In this document: in pieces, positions 43,314 through 51,415 of the stretch
Numbering within the stretch: position 1 is the stretch's first letter
How the letters are laid out: each line of letters starts with the position of its first letter
NCBI GenBank assembly: GCA_021295895.1
Contig: JAGWBM010000029.1
Span: 25,857 to 89,856 of the forward strand
Direction: 5' to 3'
DNA: 64,000 bases
DNA from: Pseudomonadales bacterium
GTDB lineage: Bacteria; Pseudomonadota; Gammaproteobacteria; Pseudomonadales; Azotimanducaceae
Made by a program: the position numbers and the translations under genes
The notes under the pieces: model-generated
The model's input: the letters and a program-made list of their open reading frames with translations, nothing else
What the model was told of the DNA's origin: nothing
The model's database searches: none

Positions 43314-44552
43314 ATGAGTGATTTGGCCAAGCAAATCGCGGCCGACATGGCGGGCTGGGACGCGATCGACGACCACCGGACGGGAACGGCGGGTGATCGA
43401 CAGACATCCGATTGGCTGAGCGGGCGTGTGGAGTCCACGGGCCTCGTGCCGCGCCGGGACGACTTTCCGCTGTCCCGTTGGGTGCTTGAGCACTGCGTGT
43501 TGGACGTCGACGGGACCGTTGTCGAAGGTGTGCCTCTGTTCGACGGCGGGACGACCGGTCCGGAGGGTGTCGTCGGTGACCTCGGCTTGGTGGGCGAGGG
43601 AAGCGGGAGGTCGGCGTGGCTGGGCCGGAGGCGGAGTCGGCGCACAGCGGCAGCGAAGCGCCGACCCGGCTATGGGGCGCTCGTTAGGAGCCGCGGTAAA
43701 CCCAGGATCGGCGTCGGTGCGTTCGGCAACGCCGCCGGCGAAGCCACGGGCGCACTCGCCGCCGCCCGTCGATCCGACGAGTACGGCGCCATCGTGGCTG
43801 TCTCCAGGATGGACACCCGGGTCACGGGTCTCGCCTTGCAGAATGCGGATCGGTTCAACGAACCCTTCGGGCCGCCCGTTCTGCAGGTGGCGACCGAATA
43901 CGAGGAATGGCTTCAGAACGCGGCGGCAATCGGGGCTTCGGCGCGCCTCACGGCGCACGTGACCCGCGAGACGGCGACGGGATCGAACGTGTTCTGCCGG
44001 GTGCCCGGGCGCGATCCGGCGCTCGAGCCGTTGACCGTGGTCACGCCGAAGAGCGCGTGGTGGGTTTGCACGGCGGAGCGTGGCGGCGGCATCGCGGTGT
44101 GGCTGGCCCTGCTACGTTACTTCGCCGCGAGTCAGCCCGCGCGGGATGTCGTGTTCATCGCCACCAGCGGACATGAACTCGGCCACCTCGGCCTCGAACA
44201 CTTCCTGGCCACCAAGGTCACCCCGCGCAGCCACGCCTGGATCCACCTGGGCGCGAACTTCGCGGCCGTGGATTCCCGAATCCGGCTGCAGGCATCGGAT
44301 CGCGAATTCATGGACATGGCCGAGGGCGCACTTTCGGCGCACGGTGCCCCGGTGTCGACGCGGACGCCACTAGGCGAACGCCCCGGCGGCGAGGCGCGCA
44401 ACATCTACGATCTGGGCGAACGCTACGTGTCGCTGCTGGGAAGCAATCGCTGGTTCCACCATCCCGACGATCGTTGGCCGACGACGATCGATTTGGACAA
44501 CACCGAACGGGTCGCGCATGCCGTGCTCGCCATCGCCACGCGCTTGGCCTGA
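43314..44552 (+). CDS. M28-peptidase-like protein with divergent metal-ligand motifs (hypothetical)
   Basis: ATG 43314 (or TTG 43296 overlapping the DUF3501 stop). ATSGHELGHLG and WFHHPDDRWPTTID resemble M28 motifs 3 and 5. The earlier H-x-D and D-N-A-S-G motifs are not canonical. Confidence 0.45.
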   Translation: MSDLAKQIAADMAGWDAIDDHRTGTAGDRQTSDWLSGRVESTGLVPRRDDFPLSRWVLEHCVLDVDGTVVEGVPLFDGGTTGPEGVVGDLGLVGEGSGRSAWLGRRRSRRTAAAKRRPGYGALVRSRGKPRIGVGAFGNAAGEATGALAAARRSDEYGAIVAVSRMDTRVTGLALQNADRFNEPFGPPVLQVATEYEEWLQNAAAIGASARLTAHVTRETATGSNVFCRVPGRDPALEPLTVVTPKSAWWVCTAERGGGIAVWLALLRYFAASQPARDVVFIATSGHELGHLGLEHFLATKVTPRSHAWIHLGANFAAVDSRIRLQASDREFMDMAEGALSAHGAPVSTRTPLGERPGGEARNIYDLGERYVSLLGSNRWFHHPDDRWPTTIDLDNTERVAHAVLAIATRLA

Positions 44553-44580
44553 CCTGGTTCACCGAAATCCGGCTCTAATC

Positions 44581-44670
44581 GTCGGGGCGGCCCTCGTGGC
44601 CGCCCGCGATGGACCCCGAGGACATACCCTATCCCCTTCGCCAGCGGGACGGGACAAGCCCGTCCCCTAC
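44581..44670. repeat. REP doublet (type A stem variant GCGGCC/GGCCGC + type B)
   Basis: GTCGGGGCGGCCCTCGTGGCCGCCC at 44581-44605. GGGACGGGACAAGCCCGTCCCCTAC at 44646-44670. Confidence 0.85.
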
Positions 44671-44679
44671 GGTCCACCG

Positions 44680-47399
44680 TCAGTTTCCGGTGCGGCGCTC
44701 GAACACCACCAATAGGCTTGACTCGACTATCTCGAAGTTCGGGAAGAACACGAGCTGTTGAGACAGGCCGGCAAGGTAGACGTGCCGACCATCCGGGCTG
44801 GCGATGTACGACAGCACGTCGTCGATGTTCGGCAGGTCGTTTCCGAAGGTGTCCGTTCTGAACCCGGTCAGGGCCAGCAAGTCCCCGGGAAATACCGAGC
44901 TGAAACCGCCGACCTGAACCGTGTAGAGATAGCTCGAAGCACGGCAGGCGATGTCCGCCGCCAGAACGTCGTGACGGGCCAACGAGTGGCCACAGCTTGC
45001 GAAGAAGGACAGGAACGGTACGAACGAATCCTGTTTTCCGACAAATGACGGATTGGCGGGATCCGAGAGATCGAACGCGGCGGTATCTCCACCGCCTCTG
45101 CCCGACGACACGAAGAGATGTGACGTATGCACGGCGAGTCCTCGAGCCTGCGCAAGTCCCTCCACGATCACTTCATCGTCGCCGACGGTGCTTCCCTCGG
45201 CGACGGTCGACACCATGTCGAGTGCTCCGGTTTCGGCGTTCCGTTCGAAAGCGATTAACTGCGGTCTGCCTGCAAAGCCCGCTGTGACGGCGCACAGGTG
45301 AGAACCGTCGGCGGTCATCGCGGCTTTCGTGACGCCGTCGATCATGATCTGTTCGACAGACGTCGACGCGGTGTGCTCGTCGGTGAACTGGTAGGTCTCG
45401 ACCATGAAGGTGGGCATGACGATGTGGAACCGTCAATCAGCACTGCTTCTCTCGGGCATGGGCCGCCCTCCACCCTGCCCGCGTACTCGATGCCCCCACC
45501 GTCGACGGGGGTAAACCGCGCCCAGCCGTCGCAGGAAACGACGAGTAGTGCCGAGCCCGTTTGGTCCCACAACAGCTGGATGTCGGGATCTTCGAGGGGG
45601 AACTCGGCGAGTATCTGCACGAGGTCAGTTCACCGGTGTTCGCGTCTCGCCCGAAGACCACGATCCCGAACTCGGAGGCGACATAGAGTTCCGTTCCGTC
45701 GGCATTGAAGGCTTGGGCGCCCAATCCGTCGAATTGCGTTTCCGACCCGACGACGATCCCGGGCTGGTTGTCGGGGATGACTTCTACGAAGCGCAGTCGG
45801 GCCGGTGGGCTTGCGGGGCTCCAGGACAACTCGAAAGGCCCTCGTTCACGTCCACCGAAACCGTTCCTGTCGTAGATGTAGCTTCCGAGGCGGATGACGT
45901 ATCGAACGCCGGCTTCGGCCTCGAAGTTCATGGCGGCCTCTCCGGGGGCTAAGCTGCGGCTCGTGTGCAGCAACTCGAGGTTGCCGTCGGCGCCCGTCCG
46001 GTAGATGGCGAGCTTGATGCCTTCGCTCCCCGCCACCACGAACCGCGTCCAGCCGCTTTCCGCGGGTTCGAAGGTCCACCACAGTGAGGAGTCGCCCAAC
46101 GCGCCCGTACGCTCACCGGGTTTGTTGGTGGCGAACTTGTTGGAGCCGGTAACCGACCCGGACTCGCCCATCAGCGCGATGGCGTTGGCCAAGTCGTCGT
46201 TTTCGGGTGTCTTGCCCCACTGCAGGACCATTTCCACCGGATTCACGGAGGTGTGGGCGGCGTCCCCCGGTAGCCCCAGTGCGAACGCATACGACTCGCC
46301 CGCCTCGGTATCGAACGCCAGCCGCAGGTCGGTGTTGGCGGCGACGTTCGTAGCCACCGGTTCGAGTGCGGCGAGTTCCGTGCCTTTGAATACCGACATC
46401 TGCAACGGGGCATCGCCGATGTCACGAGAGAATCCGGGGTCCACCTGCCAGGTGTAACGGCCACCGGCGGCGGGTTGGTGCCAAACGTACCAGGCCGTCC
46501 GGACGCCGGACTCGACCGGTTCGCCGTGTTCCACCGTCAGCAAGTCGAAGTTCGCGTGGGTTGGCGCGAAGTTGCCGAGCACCGCCTGCGCGGAGGCGAA
46601 GTCGTCATCGTCCGGATCCTCCCGCATGCCCGGCACCCAGGACAGGGTGAACTCGGTGCCGGAGTAGTAGGCGGAAGCCGACGCGATGGCGATGTAGTAC
46701 TCGACGCCCTGTGTGGCGGGGAACACGGCATCGCCGGGAACTTGGTCGCAGGAGCGGACATCAGCCGGGCGTCCGACACGGTTTCGCCGGTGAAGACCGA
46801 AAGCGCCAAACCGCGCCGGTTTACCGAGAATTCCCAGTCGCCGGTCGTCGGCGCTGTCCAACGGTACCAGACGCTGGCTCCCCAGCCGTGGAGGACTAGG
46901 GGGTGTACGCGCTTGTGTGGCCGATGAACTTGCCGGGCTCGATTGTCGCCGCCTGGTTGTTGCCGGTCACGCTGCCGTTCTCGCCTTCGATGATGGCGGC
47001 GTGGGAGAAGTGGTCGTTCTCGGGTGCCGCAGCCGGCCCCCATTTCACGGTTAGTCGGGGCGTGGACGCCTGCCGCAATTCGAAGTTGCCCTCTTCGTCC
47101 TCCTCTACATGTGTGAGTCCGGTGGGGTGAATCGTTAGCCGGACTCGGTAGGTCTCGCCCCGTTCGGCATGGAAGGCGAGCCCGCCGCCGTCGAGTCCAG
47201 CCAAGGGTCCATCGGGAAAGGCCTCGATCACGACGGAGTCCGAATAGTCGTCCAGATGCGACCGCACAATCGTGAACCGGACCAGACCATGGTCGGGCGC
47301 CGTCCACAGGTACCACAGCGAGCGGTACCGCTGCGGGTGGCTAGAACCAACCGGGATGGGCGGTTCACCTTGGTCAACGGCCGCCACTGGAAATGGCAA
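44680..47399 (-). pseudogene. Remnant of a large modular secreted/surface protein (four ~130-aa tandem modules + lactonase-like beta-propeller); 5'-truncated with at least four frameshifts
   Basis: Five consecutive ORF pieces in different frames: 46896..47399, part of 46537..47316, 45437..46861, 45342..45620, 44680..45417. Their translations join seamlessly. There is an in-frame stop at 47406-47408 and no N-terminal signal. Confidence 0.75.
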
Positions 47400-47690
47400 C
47401 GGCCGCTACTCGGACGGCCGCTACTCGGAGACGGCCGCTACTCGGACACACACCACCAAACGTGATGTGACCGTGACATCACGCGTCCGGTGGAATGCTT
47501 CGCTCGGAGGGATGCTTCACTCGGAAGGATGCTTCACTAGGCCGCCCCTCGGACACACACCACCAAACGTGAAGTGACCGTGACATCACGCGTCCGGTGG
47601 GATGCTTCACTCGGAAGGATGCTTCACTCGGACATGCTTCACTCGGACACACACCGCCAAGTGTGATGGGACCGTGACATCATCGTGGCT
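47399..47690. repeat. Composite tandem array: three units of (3 short 13-17-bp repeats ending in ACTCGG + a 48-bp core with a hairpin)
   Basis: Cores at 47446-47493, 47553-47600 and 47647-47690 (ACACACACCACCAAACGTGATGTGACCGTGACATCACGCGTCCGGTGG). Short repeats are GGCCGCTACTCGG x3 and GGATGCTTCACTCGG x5-6. Confidence 0.9.
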
Positions 47691-47812
47691 ACCGGTGATT
47701 TCTCGCCGGTTTTTCGGGGTCTCGTTCCTACCCACTTCGGCGCTTCCGTCCTACGCCGCATATGGTGGATGGCGGGCATAAATCGCCGCCTGGCTGGGGG
47801 ACACTATTCGGC

Positions 47813-48772
47813 ATGGCAACGCCCCGCAGACTGCTAGTGGATCCCGAGAACGCGTGCGCCTATCACTTGGCGTCGAAGTGCACTCGGGGCATGTTCCTAT
47901 GTGGTTGGGATCGTCTGACGCGCAAACAGTACGGACACCGCCGGCGCTGGCTGGTCAAGCGGGCCCGAATGCTGGCGTCGTGCTTTGCGGTCGACTTGCT
48001 CACTTACACGGTGATGAGCAACCACTTCCACTTGATAGCGATCTACGACCCGAAGGCTAGCGAGACCTGGTCCGACCAAGAGGTGGCACGCCGTTGGGTC
48101 GACGCGTTTCCGCCGCGCAAGCCGAGTTCGAGGGTCCGCGGCAAGTTTGCAGCGGCAAGGATGTGGGAGCTACGCAAGGCCGAACGGAGAACACTGATGT
48201 TGTCCGACGCCGACCGGCTTGAGCGGGCTCGGTGCACGTTGGGATCGCTGTCCTCGTTCATGAAGCACTTGAAGCAGCCGATCGCACGGCGGGCGAACCT
48301 CGAGGACGACTGCGAAGGGCATTTCTTCGAGCAGCGGTTCTATTCCGGAGCACTCTTGAACGAGAAGGCGATCATCGCGGCCTCGGCGTACGTGGATCTC
48401 AACCCGGTGCGCGCCGACCTGGTGGAGCGGCTCGACGAATACGAGGAAGCATCGATTGCCGAGCGGGTCCGGGAAGATAGCCCGGAGCGGCTGAACGATT
48501 ACCTCCGTCCTATCGCCTCGGGACTCGGCCCGCAGCAGTATCGGTCATTCGTGGACATCACTCTCGGCGACTACGTGGGTTTGCTGGAGGGGATGATCGC
48601 GGCACAAACGACACCCGAGAAGAAAACCGTTCAATCCGATCGGATCTCGGATTGGCGGGCACGGATGTTCGCGCTCAGCAAACGACAGCGCGCCTACGGT
48701 TCGGCGGAACAGCTTAGGGCATGGTCAAGCGAGCGCGGCCTGCGGTGCCTCGAGACGCCTCTGCCCAGCTGA
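47813..48772 (+). CDS. Long Y1 HUH transposase-like protein (IS200/RAYT superfamily)
   Basis: MATPRRLLVDPENACAYHLASKC..., HUH motif MSNHFHLIA, GHFFEQRFYSGALL, catalytic-Tyr motif AYVDLNPVRADLV. 319 aa from ATG 47813; the ORF is open from 47762. Confidence 0.75.
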   Translation: MATPRRLLVDPENACAYHLASKCTRGMFLCGWDRLTRKQYGHRRRWLVKRARMLASCFAVDLLTYTVMSNHFHLIAIYDPKASETWSDQEVARRWVDAFPPRKPSSRVRGKFAAARMWELRKAERRTLMLSDADRLERARCTLGSLSSFMKHLKQPIARRANLEDDCEGHFFEQRFYSGALLNEKAIIAASAYVDLNPVRADLVERLDEYEEASIAERVREDSPERLNDYLRPIASGLGPQQYRSFVDITLGDYVGLLEGMIAAQTTPEKKTVQSDRISDWRARMFALSKRQRAYGSAEQLRAWSSERGLRCLETPLPS

Positions 48773-48855
48773 CCACTGCGACCCGTTCGGCGTGGCTGGA
48801 TCGGGGCACGGCGGTGCGGAGCCTAGGTGAAGCACCTGCCCGGCCTGCGTCCCTC

Positions 48856-49221
48856 CTACTCGACGCGCAGCACCATGAAGTCGACGGCGGCCGCTAGCTC
48901 GTCGTCCGAACACGAGCCGCACCCCGCCCGGGGAGGCATACCGGGCGCCATGCCCTCGATGACGCTGTTCAGTAGTTCGGCGCGAGTCTTGGTTAGGCGC
49001 GGCGCCCAGGCCTCCTTGTCGCCGAGCATTGGCGCATCGGCGATCCCGGCTTGGTGACAGGCGTAGCAGTACCGCTGGTAGATATCTTTACCGGGATGGT
49101 CGACCACCTCGGTCCCCGAACCGCAGCCGGTGCATAAAAGTGCCGCGGCGATGGTCGCGACGAAACTTGCTCCCGTGATCATGCGTCCGGCGGAGCGCGG
49201 GGTGGTGCGACTACCGCTCAT
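48856..49221 (-). CDS. Membrane-anchored/lipoprotein-type monohaem cytochrome c (c5-like)
   Basis: ATG 49221 (ATGA overlap with the yafV stop). Hydrophobic N-terminus ending in LLCTGC, CYACHQ haem motif, distal M in EGMAPGMPP. Confidence 0.8.
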   Translation of the reverse strand: MSGSRTTPRSAGRMITGASFVATIAAALLCTGCGSGTEVVDHPGKDIYQRYCYACHQAGIADAPMLGDKEAWAPRLTKTRAELLNSVIEGMAPGMPPRAGCGSCSDDELAAAVDFMVLRVE

Positions 49222-50003
49222 GACTCGACCTTGAAGTCGTCGGCATCGCGCCAGGCGGGGAAACGCTGCCGATAGGCTTCCAAGGCGTCGAGATCGAGGG
49301 ATGCCGTGTGCGCGCCCGGTTCGTCGGTTCCTTCCACTAGGGCGGTGCCGTTCCAATCGTAGACCGCGCTACCGCCGCGATACTCGACGTTGTTTCCGTC
49401 GACCCCGACCCGGTTCACGCCGACCACGTAGCATTGGTTCTCGACGGCTCTCGCGCGAAGCAGCGCGTCCCAAGCCGATTGACGCGCCGCGGGCCAGTTG
49501 GCTACGCACAGCATGACGTCGTAGTCGTTCCTACACCGCAGCCAGACCGGAAACCGCAAGTCATAGCAGACGCTGACGCACAGGCGCCACGAGCCGAGGG
49601 TCACAACGACCCGTTCGCGGCCAGCAGCGTAGTGTTCGTCCTCGCCGGCCATCCGGAACAGGTGCCGCTTGTCGTACACCGTCGCGCGCCCATCCGGCGG
49701 CATCCATACCAGCCGGTTGAAATAGGAGCCGTCCTCGATCACGACGCTACCGACGATGGTGACGTCACGTTGGGCTGCTTCGCTGCGTAGCCAGGCGACC
49801 GTTTCGCCGTTCATCGTCTCGGCCACTTTCCGGGAACTCATGGTGAATCCGGTGCTGAACATCTCCGGAAGGACGATGAGATCGACGCCGTCCTTGATCG
49901 TATCGATGATCCGTGTGAAGGCCTCGCGGTTCGCGGCGGGATCGTGCCAGGCCGGTGCCGTTTGAATGAGCGCTACCCGCAATCTTGCCCCTACAGCCGG
50001 CAT
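49218..50003 (-). CDS. yafV: Carbon-nitrogen hydrolase, omega-amidase YafV type
   Basis: ATG 50003. 261 aa colinear with E. coli YafV (LPEMFSTGF, YDKRHLFRMAGE, CYDLRFPVW, FPAWRDADDF). Confidence 0.88.
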   Translation of the reverse strand: MPAVGARLRVALIQTAPAWHDPAANREAFTRIIDTIKDGVDLIVLPEMFSTGFTMSSRKVAETMNGETVAWLRSEAAQRDVTIVGSVVIEDGSYFNRLVWMPPDGRATVYDKRHLFRMAGEDEHYAAGRERVVVTLGSWRLCVSVCYDLRFPVWLRCRNDYDVMLCVANWPAARQSAWDALLRARAVENQCYVVGVNRVGVDGNNVEYRGGSAVYDWNGTALVEGTDEPGAHTASLDLDALEAYRQRFPAWRDADDFKVES

Positions 50004-51178
50004 AGGATTTCCGCCGCCCGTTCTAACGTGGCGTCGTCCTTGGCGAAACAAAAACGCAAGAGCTCTTGATGTGGCGGTTCTAGGTAAAAGACAGAAATCG
50101 GGATCGAAGCAACCTTCTCCTCCCGCGTCCAACGCTTGGCCAACTCGGTGTCCGCCTCGTTGGTTATTGCGCCGTAATCGAGAAGCTGAAAAAACGTACC
50201 TGCGGACGGGGTTAGCTTGAATCGCGATTCCGCCAACAAGCCGCAGAACAGATCACGTTTTTCCTGGTAGAACGCTGCGAGGTTTTCATGGTGTTCGGGG
50301 CATTTCTCGAGAAAATCGGCGATGCCGTATTGCAGCGGCGTGGCGGTGGTGAACGTCACGAACTGGTGAATACGCCGAAATTCCGCGGTGAGCGGGGGAG
50401 GGGCCACGCAGTAGGCGACCTTCCACCCGGTCGTGTGGTAGGTCTTGCCGAAGGACGATACGACGAAGCTGCGCGCAAAGAGATCGGGGTAGCGGGTGAG
50501 ACTCACGTGGGGTCGTCCGTCGAACACGATGTGTTCGTAGACCTCGTCGGCAATGACGTAGAGGTCATGTCCAGCCGTCACGGTGCGCAGATTGTCGATG
50601 TCATCGGCGTCCCAGACGGCGCCGGTTGGATTGTGCGGCGTGTTGGTCATGATCAGCCGCGTCCTTGGCCCGATCGCGTCGGCAACCCGGTTCCAGTCGA
50701 TGCGGAAATCCGGCGCTTGCAAAGGGATGTGCCGACAGACCCCGCCCGCCAGGGTCACGGCGGGTTCGTAGGCGTCGTAGCAGGGATCGAAGACGATCGC
50801 CTCGTCGCCCGGTTGGATCACCGCGGTGACCGCGCAGAACAGCGCCTCCGTGGCGCCGGATGTCACCGTAACCTCCGACTCGGCGTCGATTTCGGCGCCG
50901 TAGAGGGTCCCAACCTTGTTGGCGATCGCCTCGCGCAGCGGTTCGATGCCGGCCATGGGCGGGTATTGGTTGTAGCCGTTGGTCAGGTAGTGACCGACCC
51001 GTTCAAGTAACAAAGGCGGGCCATCGAAGTCCGGATAGCCTTGGGAGAGATTGATGGCTCCTTCGTCGGCGGCGAGCTTGGACATCACGGTGAAGATGGT
51101 TGTGCCGACGCTGGGGAGCTTGCTGTTCAGGGACAAGTCGTGCGGTGTATCGCTCGGATGCTGAGGATTCTGCCACAT
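49991..51178 (-). CDS. ybdL: PLP-dependent methionine/glutamine aminotransferase YbdL type
   Basis: ATG 51178. 395 aa colinear with E. coli YbdL (SKLPSVGTTIFTVMS, INLSQGYPDFDGP, SSFGKTYHTTGWKVAYCVAP). Confidence 0.88.
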   Translation of the reverse strand: MWQNPQHPSDTPHDLSLNSKLPSVGTTIFTVMSKLAADEGAINLSQGYPDFDGPPLLLERVGHYLTNGYNQYPPMAGIEPLREAIANKVGTLYGAEIDAESEVTVTSGATEALFCAVTAVIQPGDEAIVFDPCYDAYEPAVTLAGGVCRHIPLQAPDFRIDWNRVADAIGPRTRLIMTNTPHNPTGAVWDADDIDNLRTVTAGHDLYVIADEVYEHIVFDGRPHVSLTRYPDLFARSFVVSSFGKTYHTTGWKVAYCVAPPPLTAEFRRIHQFVTFTTATPLQYGIADFLEKCPEHHENLAAFYQEKRDLFCGLLAESRFKLTPSAGTFFQLLDYGAITNEADTELAKRWTREEKVASIPISVFYLEPPHQELLRFCFAKDDATLERAAEILCRL

Positions 51179-51294
51179 CGCAACGTGCGTAAGCCGCCAA
51201 GGCACCGCGACCGGGAACTTTTCGCCGAAATCCGTGTCGAGACCTGAGAACAGAGGGTTTTCAGCAGGTTACGAAAACCAGGCCCATATCGGGT

Positions 51295-51344
51295 CTCGGA
51301 CACACACCACTTCGGGCAAGATCACTATGATGTCATCCACCGAG
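51295..51344. repeat. Solo copy of the CTCGGACACACACC repeat family
   Basis: CTCGGACACACACCACTTCGGGCAAGATCACTATGATGTCATCCACCGAG, about 70-120 bp upstream of gspE. Terminal CTCGG/CCGAG inverted repeats. Confidence 0.7.
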
Positions 51345-51415
51345 CCTAGGCGGGCGAGCGGGACCCGGGCCTGTCCTCGGCTTCCTCGCCCCTCGTCGCC
51401 GAGTATCATGGCCGC

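Noticed and set aside
44680-51200. Genomic island, prophage or integrative element bounded by att sites
   Set aside because: No integrase, recombinase, phage or conjugation genes are present, and no tRNA or direct-repeat boundaries were seen. The region is a patchwork of a pseudogene, a single Y1 transposase-like gene and metabolic genes.
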